Positions 27,151 to 37,574 of a DNA stretch of 64,000 nt are shown one piece after another. The translations under genes and the position numbers were made by a program. The stretch covers positions 120,697 through 184,696 of the forward strand of contig JBAZKC010000002.1 of NCBI GenBank assembly GCA_041651035.1, read 5' to 3'. The notes under the pieces are model-generated. The model was not told where the DNA came from, did not search any database, and was given only the letters and a program-made list of their open reading frames with translations. This DNA is from Candidatus Omnitrophota bacterium (GTDB lineage Bacteria; Omnitrophota; Gorgyraeia; Gygaellales; Profunditerraquicolaceae). Each line of letters opens with the position of its first letter. Position 1 is the first letter of the stretch.

Positions 27151-29820
27151 ATGCAGGCAGATACCCTAAGAAAGAAATTCCTGGATTTTTTCAAATCCAA
27201 AAAACACAAGATCGTAGATAGCGACAGCCTGGCTCCTAAAGATGACCCGACCGTGTTGTTTACTCCGGCAGGGATGAACCAGTTTAAAAAGCAGTTCCTG
27301 GGCCACTTGACCGGCTTCTCCCGCGCCGCTACCAGCCAGAGATGTTTGCGCACAGATGACTTAGATAAAGTCGGCAAAACCCCCAGCCACCATACGTTCT
27401 TTGAAATGCTGGGAAATTTTTCTTTCGGGGATTATTTTAAAGAAGAGGCGATTGCCTGGGCCTGGGAATTCCTGACCAAAGAACTTAAGATCAATGAAGG
27501 CAAGCTTTGGGTTTCCGTATACAAAGACGATGATGAATCGTATAAGATATGGAAGGATAAGATAAAGGTGCCGGCAAATAAAATTGTAAAGTTAGGCGAT
27601 AAAGAAAACTTCTGGCCGTCTGAAGCAAAAGAAAAGGGGCCTAATGGCCCGTGCGGGCCGTGTTCCGAGATATTTTATGACCAGGGCGGAGGTTGTGGTA
27701 AGCCTGATTGCGGCCCTGCCTGCAGCTGCGGGAGGTTCCCGGAGATCTGGAATCTTGTATTTACGCAGTTTAACCGCAAAGCAGACGGGAAATTAGAGCC
27801 TTTGCCTAAAAAGAATATAGATACCGGTATGGGCCTGGAGAGGCTGGCGGCGGTTATGCAGGGTATGTCTAATAATTTTGAGACGGACCTGTTTAGGCCG
27901 ATAATCAAAGAAATTCTTTCTAGCGCAAAGAATAAGTCCGCTAATGATGTAGTTTATCCGGTAGCCGATCATATTCGCGCAATCGTCTTTGCTGTGTATG
28001 ATGGCGTATTACCTTCTAACGAAGGCCGCGGTTATGTGGTAAGAAAATTAATCCGTAAGTCTGTGCTTGCTTTGCGTCAATTAGGCATAGAGAAACCGTT
28101 CTTATATAAATTGGTGCCTGTATTAGCTGAAGTTATGAAGGCTCCTTATCCTGAATTATCCGGGCAAAAAGAGAATATCGCGCAGATTATCCTGGTGGAA
28201 GAAAATAATTTCATTCAAACCTTGAATTCTAGTGACGATATTATAAGAGAAAAAAATAAGCCTGTGCTAGATATGGCTAAAAATGATGGTGTTGATGCTG
28301 GCTATATTATAGCCAGCATACCTACAACAGGAACCGCAGCCATTACTGCTGTTAAGCTCTATGATACTTATGGTATACCCCTTGATTTAACAAGAGACTG
28401 GTGGGAAGAGAATATAAAAATAAAGTTTATTGAAAATGTATATACGGATAGCCTTGTTAAAGAATTAGAAAAGCATAAAGCACTCTCAAAGTCCCGCAGC
28501 GCGATGAAAGGCGATGTTTTTGATTTTAAAGATTTACATATAACGGCTACCAAGACTAATTTTTCCGGGTATGCAAAATACGAAACCAAAGCCAAGGTTT
28601 TAAAGATTATCAAAGATAGCGCGCCAGTTAAGAAGATAACTAAAGGCGAAGAAGCCCAGGTGATCTTAGATAAAACCGTATTTTACCCGGAATCAGGCGG
28701 GCAGGTAGGAGATACAGGCGAACTTATTAAAGGAAAAAATATTTTTCAGGTTACGGATACGCAAAAGTTTGATAAGGTTATTGTGCATAAAGGCGTAGTC
28801 AGAGAAGGCAGCTTTAAGAATGCGGATGAATTAAAAGCCTGTGTGGATATTGAGCGCAGGTTGTCTATAGGAAGAAACCATACTGCTACCCATCTTTTGC
28901 AGGCAGCCTTAAGGGAAGTTTTAGGCGCCCATGTGCAGCAGCAAGGATCTCTTGTCGCGGAAGATAAATTAAGGTTTGATTTTACGCATTTTAAGGCCTT
29001 AACCTCCGAACAGGTAGGCCGCGTAGAACAGATAGTCAATGAGCACATAATGAATAACGAAAGTTTGTCTATGAAGGAAATGTCTTTATCTCTGGCTAAA
29101 AAAACAGGGGCATTAGCTTTTTTTGGCGAAAAATACGAAGGTAAGGTGCGTGTAGTTTCAATCGGAAAAGTTTCTAAGGAGTTTTGCGGCGGCACACATC
29201 TGGATTCAACAGGACAGATCGGCTTATTTAAAATTATCCAGGAAGGTTCAGTCGCATCCGGAGTCAGAAGGATAGAGGCAGCAACAGGAAGGGCGGCCTA
29301 TAAGATCGCTAAAGAAGAAAAAGATATCGTAGCTGAGGCGGCTTCTCTTTTGGGGGTGCCCAAAGATAAGATACTTCAGGAGTTAGATAAACGTTTAGTT
29401 AAGGTTAAAGACCTGGAAAAGCGTTTAAGTTCGCAAATATTGGATATTGCCAGGTCTAACATAGACGAGTTGATAGAAAAAGCGCAAATAATAAACGGCA
29501 CAAAGGTCATAGCCGCTATGTTAGAAGGTTTAAATATGGATCTATTAAGAAAAAACGTGGACTTGATTAAAGAAAAAACGAATAACGCGGTTATAGCTTT
29601 AGGTTCTAATATTGAAGGCAGGGTGTTTTTGGTAATAGGTATAACTCCTGATTTAATTATAAAAGGATTAGATGCCTCAGTATTGATACGCGATATTGCC
29701 AAACTGATCGGAGGCAGCGGCGGCGGGAGAAAAGATTTCGCGCAGGCCGGCGGCAATAAACCGGAGAATTATCAAGAGGCCATAGAGAAACTAAAAGACA
29801 CTCTTGGGAAAACACTATGA
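27151..29820 (+). CDS. alaS: Alanine--tRNA ligase
   Basis: Class II motifs, HxxxH...CxxxH editing domain, C-terminal DHHA1 domain. Confidence 0.95.
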   Translation: MQADTLRKKFLDFFKSKKHKIVDSDSLAPKDDPTVLFTPAGMNQFKKQFLGHLTGFSRAATSQRCLRTDDLDKVGKTPSHHTFFEMLGNFSFGDYFKEEAIAWAWEFLTKELKINEGKLWVSVYKDDDESYKIWKDKIKVPANKIVKLGDKENFWPSEAKEKGPNGPCGPCSEIFYDQGGGCGKPDCGPACSCGRFPEIWNLVFTQFNRKADGKLEPLPKKNIDTGMGLERLAAVMQGMSNNFETDLFRPIIKEILSSAKNKSANDVVYPVADHIRAIVFAVYDGVLPSNEGRGYVVRKLIRKSVLALRQLGIEKPFLYKLVPVLAEVMKAPYPELSGQKENIAQIILVEENNFIQTLNSSDDIIREKNKPVLDMAKNDGVDAGYIIASIPTTGTAAITAVKLYDTYGIPLDLTRDWWEENIKIKFIENVYTDSLVKELEKHKALSKSRSAMKGDVFDFKDLHITATKTNFSGYAKYETKAKVLKIIKDSAPVKKITKGEEAQVILDKTVFYPESGGQVGDTGELIKGKNIFQVTDTQKFDKVIVHKGVVREGSFKNADELKACVDIERRLSIGRNHTATHLLQAALREVLGAHVQQQGSLVAEDKLRFDFTHFKALTSEQVGRVEQIVNEHIMNNESLSMKEMSLSLAKKTGALAFFGEKYEGKVRVVSIGKVSKEFCGGTHLDSTGQIGLFKIIQEGSVASGVRRIEAATGRAAYKIAKEEKDIVAEAASLLGVPKDKILQELDKRLVKVKDLEKRLSSQILDIARSNIDELIEKAQIINGTKVIAAMLEGLNMDLLRKNVDLIKEKTNNAVIALGSNIEGRVFLVIGITPDLIIKGLDASVLIRDIAKLIGGSGGGRKDFAQAGGNKPENYQEAIEKLKDTLGKTL

Positions 29821-31049
29821 AAATAATCCGTTTTACGAGCAAGAAGCTGGAGAAGATCTATAACCGCGGAGTTATAAGGCAGAGCCGCATTGAAGAAAAG
29901 GTCAGGAAGATCATTGAAGACGTGCGCTTATTTGGCGATGAAGCGGCCATAAAATACACTAAGAAATTTGATGGAGTTAAATTATCCCCGAGGCAGTTAA
30001 AGGTCTCTGAAATAGAGATCAGCGGCGCTTATCAAAATATCAGCCCTAATTTTGTCTCAAGCCTGAAGGTTGTTATTGATAATGTAAACAGGTTTTACCG
30101 CAAGACAATAAGAAAATCCTGGAGGATGAAGGATGCTGACGGAGTTGTGTTAGGAGAAAACTACGCGCCTTTAGAAAGGGTGGGCGTATATATCCCAGCG
30201 GGAACTGCGCCGCTTGTTTCTACTGTCTATATGACCGTCCTGCCGGCTAAGATCGCCGGCGTAAAGAATATAGCTTTGATCAGCCCTCCTGATAAAAATG
30301 GTTTTATAAACCCGCACATACTGGTTGTGGCTGATCTTTTAAAAGTAGATGAGATCTACCGGTTAGGCGGGGCCCAGGGGATCGCTGCCCTTGCTTACGG
30401 GACAAAAACAATACCCCGCGTGGATAAGATCGTTGGCCCGGGCAATATTTATGTAAGTGAAGCAAAAAGGCAGGTTTTTGGCGTTGTGGATATTGATATG
30501 ATCGCCGGGCCTACGGAACTGGTGATCATCGCCAACCGTTACAGTGATCCGGAATTTATTATCGCCGATCTACGCGCGCAGGGTGAACACGCTAAAGGCC
30601 TGGCTATCCTGATCACCAATTCCAAGGCCTTGGCTAAAGAAGTAAAGTCGCGGCTTGACGGCAATAACGGGCTTATTGTCCTGACTAAAAATTTAGAGCA
30701 GGCAGTGGAAATATCCAATAAGATAGCACCCGAGCACTTAGAGATCATGGTTAAGAATTCCCAGAGGTTAGTTAAAGGGATAAAGAACGCAGGAGCCGTA
30801 TTCTTAGGCCCTTACAGCCCGACAGCTGTAGGAGACTATGTCGCAGGGCCCAGCCATGTCCTGCCAACACTCGGGACCGCGAGATTCTTCTCGGGATTAT
30901 CAGTATTTGACTTTATGAAAAGTAACCATATAATAAGTTATTCTAAAAAGGCCCTAGAGAAGATACGGGAGCCGTTAGAGAAGATCGCCGGTATTGAAGG
31001 TTTAAGCAAACACGCTGATTCTGTAAAAGCCAGGTTTAAAACACAGTAG
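29817..31049 (+). CDS. hisD: Histidinol dehydrogenase
   Basis: Conserved stretch MIAGPTELVIIAN...AQGEHA. Confidence 0.9.
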   Translation: MKIIRFTSKKLEKIYNRGVIRQSRIEEKVRKIIEDVRLFGDEAAIKYTKKFDGVKLSPRQLKVSEIEISGAYQNISPNFVSSLKVVIDNVNRFYRKTIRKSWRMKDADGVVLGENYAPLERVGVYIPAGTAPLVSTVYMTVLPAKIAGVKNIALISPPDKNGFINPHILVVADLLKVDEIYRLGGAQGIAALAYGTKTIPRVDKIVGPGNIYVSEAKRQVFGVVDIDMIAGPTELVIIANRYSDPEFIIADLRAQGEHAKGLAILITNSKALAKEVKSRLDGNNGLIVLTKNLEQAVEISNKIAPEHLEIMVKNSQRLVKGIKNAGAVFLGPYSPTAVGDYVAGPSHVLPTLGTARFFSGLSVFDFMKSNHIISYSKKALEKIREPLEKIAGIEGLSKHADSVKARFKTQ

Positions 31050-31086
31050 GTAGTAATTAGTAGGTAGGGGTTAGGGAGAATAAAAT
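31043..31086. repeat. Copy of the TAGTAGGTAG repeat plus the TAGGGAGAA RBS module immediately upstream of hisB
   Basis: Direct reading: cagtaggtagtaattagtaggtaggggttagggagaataaaatATG. Compare with 996-1042. Confidence 0.7.
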
Positions 31087-31701
31087 ATGAGAAAAGCCAT
31101 TATAAAAAGAAAGACCAAAGAGACTGATATAGCAGTTGAATTGAATATAGACGGTTCCGGTGAATACGAGATAGAAACAGGCATAGGGTTCTTAGATCAT
31201 ATGCTGGAGCTATTTTCTTTTTGGGGGCATTTTGATTTAAAGGTAAAAGTCAATAAAGGTGACTTCAAAATTGATATTCATCACACAAATGAAGACGTGG
31301 GAATACTTTTAGGCCAGGTTTTTAAGGAGGCATTAGGCGATAAACAGGGGATTAAAAGGATAGGTTCCGCGTCTGTCCCTATGGAAGAAGTGACTGCAAG
31401 TGTCTCAGTGGATATCAGCGGCAGAGGATCATATAAATTAAACTTACCAATACTTGAATTAAATATAGCGGTTAGCCCTGAGGCGCAAGAAGGGTATGAA
31501 TTAAAATATGCGGAGCACTTCTTTGATGCTTTAGCTAAACAGCTAGGTATGAATCTTAATATAACAATTGAAAATATGAGTAGAGATTTACATGCTACTT
31601 TAGAGCCGGTATTTAAAGCTTTAGGTATCGCTTTAGATCAGGCCACGCAAATAGACCCGCGCAGAAAAGGAATTCCTTCTACCAAGGGAGTTATTGATTA
31701 A
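31087..31701 (+). CDS. hisB: Imidazoleglycerol-phosphate dehydratase
   Basis: IGPD motifs: GFLDHML and HH...E. Confidence 0.9.
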   Translation: MRKAIIKRKTKETDIAVELNIDGSGEYEIETGIGFLDHMLELFSFWGHFDLKVKVNKGDFKIDIHHTNEDVGILLGQVFKEALGDKQGIKRIGSASVPMEEVTASVSVDISGRGSYKLNLPILELNIAVSPEAQEGYELKYAEHFFDALAKQLGMNLNITIENMSRDLHATLEPVFKALGIALDQATQIDPRRKGIPSTKGVID

Positions 31702-32328
31702 ATGATCGCGAGAATTTCAGGGAAGGTAATTGAAAAAGGGGATAATTATCTTATCCTTGATACGGGTGGTATCTGTTATGAGGTGTTTATTCCGCAAACA
31801 GTTATGCAGCGCCTGGAAGAGAATATAAAGGACGGCTGCGCGTTGACCTTAAAGACTTTTCATTATTTCCAGGTTGAGCCGTCAAAGACTACTCCGGTAT
31901 TAATAGGGTTCTTAAATGACATTGAGAAAGATTTCTTTGAGATATTTATTACTGTTTCCGGTATAGGGCCGAGGGCGGCGTTAAGGGCGTTAAATAAGCC
32001 CATATCAGAGATCGCGCAGGCCATAGACAGCGGGGACCTGAATTTCTTAAGATCCCTGCCCGGCATAGGTGAACAAAGGGCAAAGGAAATTATCGCGAAG
32101 CTTCAGAATAAAGTTGCTAAATTCGGCCTGATAAAGAACGATAAGATAAAAGAAAAAGCGGGAGAATCCGGAGATACCGCCCAGGAAGTCCTGGCCGTGC
32201 TTATGCAGTTAGGTTATAAGAAACCTGAGGCAGCGGGTATGATAAAAACAGCCCTGGAGAAATCACCCGATATACAAACAACGGAAGAATTACTGAATGT
32301 GGTTTATAAGCAGAGGAAATCAAGGTAG
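31702..32328 (+). CDS. ruvA: Holliday junction DNA helicase subunit RuvA
   Basis: N-terminus MIARISGKV...GICYEV and HhH motifs. Confidence 0.85.
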   Translation: MIARISGKVIEKGDNYLILDTGGICYEVFIPQTVMQRLEENIKDGCALTLKTFHYFQVEPSKTTPVLIGFLNDIEKDFFEIFITVSGIGPRAALRALNKPISEIAQAIDSGDLNFLRSLPGIGEQRAKEIIAKLQNKVAKFGLIKNDKIKEKAGESGDTAQEVLAVLMQLGYKKPEAAGMIKTALEKSPDIQTTEELLNVVYKQRKSR

Positions 32329-32330
32329 AT

Positions 32331-32945
32331 ATGCCGGAAGATAACGTAAAGTCGGTAATAGAAGCATTACTTTTTGCCAGCGATAAGCCCTTGACTATTG
32401 AACAGGCAAAGAATGTTTTAGGCAGCTTGGAAGCCGCTGAAATACGCGCGATACTGGAACAGTTAAAATCAGAATACGAACATTCTAACCGCGGCATACG
32501 CATTGCCGAAATAGCGGGTGGTTTCCAGATGACTACCGCGCCTGATTTTGCTGTTTTCTTAAAGAAGCTGTTTAAAGAACGCCACGCGGATAAATTATCA
32601 AAACCTGCCTTAGAGACTTTGGCTATTGTTGCCTATAAACAGCCGGTAACTAAAGCAGAAATAGAGTCTTTGAGGAATGTGAACGTTGATGGGGTAATGA
32701 GCAGTCTTTTGGATAAAGAGCTTATTCGCATTTCGGGAAGAAAAAAGGTTCCCGGCCGGCCGTTTGTATTCGGCACAACCAGGGAGTTCCTGGAATGTTT
32801 CGGGTTAAGGTCTTTAGACGATCTGCCAAAAAAAGAAGAATTCGGCTCTTTAGCCAAAGAGAATGATGTGGAAGTGATCCCTGAAGAAGAAAACCAGACA
32901 ACGGAGGTAGCTAATGACTCTTGCAAGCCTGCGCAGACAAATTGA
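32331..32945 (+). CDS. scpB: Segregation and condensation protein B
   Basis: VIEALLFAS...P winged-helix ScpB signature. Confidence 0.85.
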   Translation: MPEDNVKSVIEALLFASDKPLTIEQAKNVLGSLEAAEIRAILEQLKSEYEHSNRGIRIAEIAGGFQMTTAPDFAVFLKKLFKERHADKLSKPALETLAIVAYKQPVTKAEIESLRNVNVDGVMSSLLDKELIRISGRKKVPGRPFVFGTTREFLECFGLRSLDDLPKKEEFGSLAKENDVEVIPEEENQTTEVANDSCKPAQTN

Positions 32946-33975
32946 TGTAATCGATAAAAAGATCGTTAAGCTTTTAAATATGCGCGCCGGTATCTCACTG
33001 GGCATTGGCAAATTAAAAGTAAGGGACGGTAAAAGTATTTATTCTCCTGCCCGGGAAGCTGAGGTTTTAAGAAAGGTTGCTCATTTAAGCCGCGGGCCTT
33101 TAAAATCATCCGCCTTAGAAGCGATATACCGCGAGGTCATGTCTTCAAGCCTTTCCCTGGAAAAACACTTAAAGATAGCCTACATGGGGCCGGAGGCGTC
33201 TTTCAGCAACTTAGCGGCTTTAAAGAAATTCGGCTCACAGGTAAACTACGTAGCCTGCGGTAATATTACCGATGTATTCCTGGAGGTGGAAAGAGATGCC
33301 GCGGATTACGGAGTTGTGCCTGTGGAGAATTCTATTGAAGGGGCGGTAACGCATACATTAGATATCCTGGTGGATTCAGACTTAAAGATATGTTCGCAGA
33401 TAATTTTAGACGTTGCCCATAACCTTTTAGCTAATTGCCCGAAAGATAAGGTCAAGCGGGTATATTCTAACCCGCAGGTACTTGGCCAGTGCCGTATATG
33501 GCTGCAGGAAAACTTGCCTCATGTTGAGCAAATTGAAGTTTCCAGCACTACGCGCGCGGCCCAGATCGCCGCGAAAGAAAAGAACAGCGCCTGCATAGCC
33601 TCATTACTGGCAGGGAAGGTTTATAAATTAAAGGTGGTCGCCCGTGATATCGAGGATTCACCGCATAATATTACCAGGTTCTTTGTCGTCGGTAAAAACG
33701 AGGTTGGCCAGACCGGGCACGACAGGACATCGATCCTGTTTTCTATCAAAGACAGGGTAGGCGCCCTCTATGATATGCTTTTGCCTTTTAAGAAATACAA
33801 GATCAACCTTACTAAGATCGAGTCAAGGCCGTCAAAGAAGAAAGCCTGGGATTATTATTTCTTCATGGACTTAGAAGGGCATCTGCGTGATCCGCGCGTT
33901 AATAAAGCGCTCCTGGAGTTGGAAAATAAATGCACGTTCTTAAAAATATTAGGTTCTTATCCCGTAGGTGAATAA
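32914..33975 (+). CDS. pheA: Bifunctional chorismate mutase / prephenate dehydratase
   Basis: CM domain (LRRQIDVIDKKIVKLLNMRA), PDT domain and C-terminal ACT domain. Confidence 0.85.
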   Translation: MTLASLRRQIDVIDKKIVKLLNMRAGISLGIGKLKVRDGKSIYSPAREAEVLRKVAHLSRGPLKSSALEAIYREVMSSSLSLEKHLKIAYMGPEASFSNLAALKKFGSQVNYVACGNITDVFLEVERDAADYGVVPVENSIEGAVTHTLDILVDSDLKICSQIILDVAHNLLANCPKDKVKRVYSNPQVLGQCRIWLQENLPHVEQIEVSSTTRAAQIAAKEKNSACIASLLAGKVYKLKVVARDIEDSPHNITRFFVVGKNEVGQTGHDRTSILFSIKDRVGALYDMLLPFKKYKINLTKIESRPSKKKAWDYYFFMDLEGHLRDPRVNKALLELENKCTFLKILGSYPVGE

Positions 33976-35057
33976 TGACAAGCTTAGCCAGAAAGAATAT
34001 ACTGAATATAAACCCTTATATAGCCGGTAAACCCATAGAAGAAACTAAGAGGCAGCTGGGCTTAAAGAAGGTTTATAAACTTGCTTCTAACGAAAATCCT
34101 TTGGGCCCCAGCCCTAAAGCGCTTGAGGCCATCAGGAAGAATTTGTCCGGGATCAACCGTTATCCGGATAGCTGCGGATTCTACTTAAAAAAGAAACTCA
34201 GCAGGTATTTAAATATCGGGCAATCTAACCTTATTCTGGGCAATGGTTCGGATGAGCTTATTGATATTATTATAAAGACCTTTGTAGAAGAGGATGAGTC
34301 TGTCTTGACCGCCGATACGACATTCCTGGAATACAGGATCATATCCGAGGCATTTGCCCGTAAGGTTACTACGGTCCCGTTGAGATATTTTAAATATGAT
34401 CTAGAGTCTATTGGAAAAAGGATCGACAAAAAGACCAAGCTGATTTTCATCTCAAACCCTAATAACCCAACAGGCACTTATCTTACGAAATATGAGCTGG
34501 AGAATTTTATGAGCGGCTTGCCTGATAATGTCGTCTTGGTCTTAGATGAGGCTTATGATACATTTATCGATGTTAATGATTTCCCGAATAGTTTAAAATA
34601 TACCGGCAATAAGAACGTCATAGTTTTAAAGACGTTTTCTAAAGCGTATGGTTTAGCCGGGTTAAGGATAGGTTATGCTGTGGCGCGCCCGGGGCTGATT
34701 TCCTGCATGGAAAAGGCAAGGTTGCCTTTTAATGTTAATGTTTTAGCGCAGGTGGCAGCAACTGCTGCTTTGGATGATAATAAGTTTTTGTTGAAGACGC
34801 GAAAATTGATTCTAGAAGGCAAGCGTTACCTTTACAGCTGCCTTACGGGCTTAGGTATAGCTTATGTGCCAACCGTTACTAATTTTATCCTTATTGATTG
34901 CGGCAGGGACGGCGCGGAAGTATTCCGCGATATGCTTAAATACGGGGTAATTGTGCGCGATATGAAGCAATATGGGCTCAAGAATTTTATCAGGGTTAGT
35001 ATCGGAACAAAAAGAGAGAATGAAAGATTTATTAAGGTGTTCAAAAAGATCCTTTAA
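33975..35057 (+). CDS. hisC: Histidinol-phosphate aminotransferase
   Basis: Class II aminotransferase with PLP lysine motif KTFSKAYGLAGLRIGY. Confidence 0.9.
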   Translation: MTSLARKNILNINPYIAGKPIEETKRQLGLKKVYKLASNENPLGPSPKALEAIRKNLSGINRYPDSCGFYLKKKLSRYLNIGQSNLILGNGSDELIDIIIKTFVEEDESVLTADTTFLEYRIISEAFARKVTTVPLRYFKYDLESIGKRIDKKTKLIFISNPNNPTGTYLTKYELENFMSGLPDNVVLVLDEAYDTFIDVNDFPNSLKYTGNKNVIVLKTFSKAYGLAGLRIGYAVARPGLISCMEKARLPFNVNVLAQVAATAALDDNKFLLKTRKLILEGKRYLYSCLTGLGIAYVPTVTNFILIDCGRDGAEVFRDMLKYGVIVRDMKQYGLKNFIRVSIGTKRENERFIKVFKKIL

Positions 35058-35069
35058 GGAGGTAATAGG

Positions 35070-36086
35070 ATGATCATAGTTTTAAAACCGGAGGCTACGG
35101 AAGAACAGATAAACCATATTATTGATAAGGTCAAGAAGCTGGGGCTTACCCCGCATGTGTCAAAAGGAACAGAACGTACTATAATCGGTGTCATCGGGCC
35201 TGAAGATATCCTGCGGGTTACCCCTTTAGAGGCTTTCCCGGGAGTTGAAAAGGCTATTCCGGTTTTATCTCCCTACAAACTGGTTTCGCGTGAATTTAAG
35301 CATGAGGATTCAGTGATCGATCTAGGCAAGGGTGTCGCGATCGGGGCTAAAAAGTTAGTTATCATGGCCGGGCCTTGCGCGATTGAAAATCAGGAGACTT
35401 TATACGAAATTGCTTCTGAGGTAAAAAAGGCCGGCGCGACAGTCTTGCGCGGCGGGGCATTTAAGCCGCGCACTTCGCCATACAGTTTTCAAGGGTTAGG
35501 GGAAAAGGGGTTAAAATATTTAAATAAAGTTGGCAACGATCTGGGTTTGGTCACGATCAGCGAAGTAATGGACCCTCGCGATGTAGAACTGGTTGCCAGT
35601 TACGTGGATATGCTGCAAATCGGAGCCCGCAATATGCAGAATTTTAACCTTTTAAAAGAAGTAGGGCTTACTAAGAAGCCTGTTCTTCTTAAGCGGGGCA
35701 TGTCTTCTACCGTAAAAGAATTGCTGATGTCGGCGGAATACATATTATCAGGCGGGAATTTTAACGTGATACTCTGCGAACGCGGGATCAGGACGTTTGA
35801 AGATTCAACGCGCAATACTTTGGATGTAAGCGCGGTACCTACGGTTAAACAGCTTTCGCATTTGCCTATAATCATTGATCCGTCACACGCGGCCGGTAAA
35901 TGGGGATTGGTCAGCCCATTGTCTAAAGCAGCTATAGCCGGCGGGGCTGACGGCCTGATCATTGAAGTGCATAGCCATCCTGAAGATGCCATGTCTGATG
36001 GAGCGCAGTCTTTAAAACCATCTAATTTCGCTAATTTAATGCAGGAATTAAAAGCATTAGCCAAAGTGGTAGGAAGGGATATTTGA
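35070..36086 (+). CDS. 3-deoxy-7-phosphoheptulonate (DAHP) synthase, type I-beta, with an N-terminal ferredoxin-like regulatory domain
   Basis: Core [11 protein letters not shown]...GARNMQN motifs. N-terminal ~70-aa extension as in Thermotoga-type DAHPS. Confidence 0.8.
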   Translation: MIIVLKPEATEEQINHIIDKVKKLGLTPHVSKGTERTIIGVIGPEDILRVTPLEAFPGVEKAIPVLSPYKLVSREFKHEDSVIDLGKGVAIGAKKLVIMAGPCAIENQETLYEIASEVKKAGATVLRGGAFKPRTSPYSFQGLGEKGLKYLNKVGNDLGLVTISEVMDPRDVELVASYVDMLQIGARNMQNFNLLKEVGLTKKPVLLKRGMSSTVKELLMSAEYILSGGNFNVILCERGIRTFEDSTRNTLDVSAVPTVKQLSHLPIIIDPSHAAGKWGLVSPLSKAAIAGGADGLIIEVHSHPEDAMSDGAQSLKPSNFANLMQELKALAKVVGRDI

Positions 36087-36916
36087 TGCGGTTATTTAAT
36101 AAAATAGCGATTGTAGGCACGGGTTTAATTGGCGGCTCAATAGCTTTGGCGATAAAAAAGAACCGGCTTGCTGATAAAGTTATAGGGGTCAGCCGCCATA
36201 AAGAGAGCTTATTATTAGCAAAAAGAAAAGGGGCCATAGATATAGGTTCCTGTGATTTAGGCATTATTAAAGATGCCCAGCTGGTAATTTTAGCAATGCC
36301 TGTAGACGCGATAATAAAATTAGCGCCTAAGATCTCTGCTATTGTCTCTAAAGATTGCATAGTTACTGATGTGGGCAGCACAAAAGAGGATATCGTTTCA
36401 CGCCTAAAAGGCGTATTTACTAATTACGTGGGAAGCCATCCTTTGGCCGGTTCAGAAAAAAGAGGTATCGCTAACGCGCGTCCGGACCTGTTTAAAAACT
36501 CCTTGTGCATATTGACGCCTGCGCGGGATACAAATAATAAGGCATTAAAGAAACTACAGGTTTTATGGGGCCGCTTAGGCGCTAAGACGGCTTTGCTTTC
36601 TCCCTCTGGACATGATAAAGCTTTGTCTTTTGTAAGCCATCTGCCTCATGTTGTCGCTTTTTCCTTGATCGGTATTATGCCGAAACAATATTTAAGATTT
36701 GCTTCAACCGGGCTAAAAGATACCACTCGTATCGCCGCTTCAGAAAGCGAACTCTGGGCTGCCATATTATTAAGTAACCGCAAGAATATCATACAGGCCA
36801 TGGAGTTGTTGCGGGTTAACATGTCCAGGATCAAGTCTGCCCTCCAGAAGAAAGACCTGGATCTATTGACGTTAATTGTAAAGCAGGCAAAAGCTAAAAG
36901 AGAATTATTGGGATGA
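36086..36916 (+). CDS. tyrA: Prephenate dehydrogenase. The ORF track begins at a TTG at 36083; the ATG at 36086 overlaps the upstream TGA.
   Basis: Rossmann motif IAIVGTGLIGGS. Confidence 0.85.
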   Translation: MRLFNKIAIVGTGLIGGSIALAIKKNRLADKVIGVSRHKESLLLAKRKGAIDIGSCDLGIIKDAQLVILAMPVDAIIKLAPKISAIVSKDCIVTDVGSTKEDIVSRLKGVFTNYVGSHPLAGSEKRGIANARPDLFKNSLCILTPARDTNNKALKKLQVLWGRLGAKTALLSPSGHDKALSFVSHLPHVVAFSLIGIMPKQYLRFASTGLKDTTRIAASESELWAAILLSNRKNIIQAMELLRVNMSRIKSALQKKDLDLLTLIVKQAKAKRELLG

Positions 36917-37572
36917 TCATTGCTGTTGACGGCCCAGCCGGAGCGGGCAAGAGTACGGTTGCTAAGATATTAGCCCTGAAGCTGGGTTTTCTTTATATTG
37001 ACACCGGAGCGATGTACCGGGCATTGACTTTAAAGGTTTTGGAAGAAGAAATAGATATTAAAGATACGGCTAAGATTATCGCACTTGCCTCGCAGACCAG
37101 CATTGACTTAATAAACAATCAGGGCGGCCCCTTAAAAGTTTTACTGGACGGCCGCGATGTAACTTCCCAGATACGCCAACCGCGGATAACTAAATTTGTT
37201 TCCGATATTGCCAGGATAAAAGGCGTCCGGGATATCATGCTGGAATTACAGAGAAAGCTTGGCAAGCAGGGGGATTGTGTTTTAGACGGGCGTGATATCG
37301 GTACAGTTATTTTTCCCGGCGCGGATAAGAAATTCTTTATCGACGCGGATCCTAAGGAAAGGACCGCGCGCCGTTATAAAGAATTAAAGGGCCTGGGGCA
37401 AGAGGTAAGCTTAACTGATGTTCAGTCCGATATAGCTAACCGTGATACCATTGATTCTACGCGGGAGTTCGCCCCTCTTAAGAAAGCCGATGACGCTGTT
37501 TATATAGATACAACTGATATGTCTATTGAGCAAGTAGTAAACGCGCTTCTAAAAAATATTCAAAAGTCTTAA
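36913..37572 (+). CDS. cmk: Cytidylate kinase
   Basis: IIAVDGPAGAGKST P-loop. Confidence 0.9.
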   Translation: MIIAVDGPAGAGKSTVAKILALKLGFLYIDTGAMYRALTLKVLEEEIDIKDTAKIIALASQTSIDLINNQGGPLKVLLDGRDVTSQIRQPRITKFVSDIARIKGVRDIMLELQRKLGKQGDCVLDGRDIGTVIFPGADKKFFIDADPKERTARRYKELKGLGQEVSLTDVQSDIANRDTIDSTREFAPLKKADDAVYIDTTDMSIEQVVNALLKNIQKS

Positions 37573-37574
37573 TA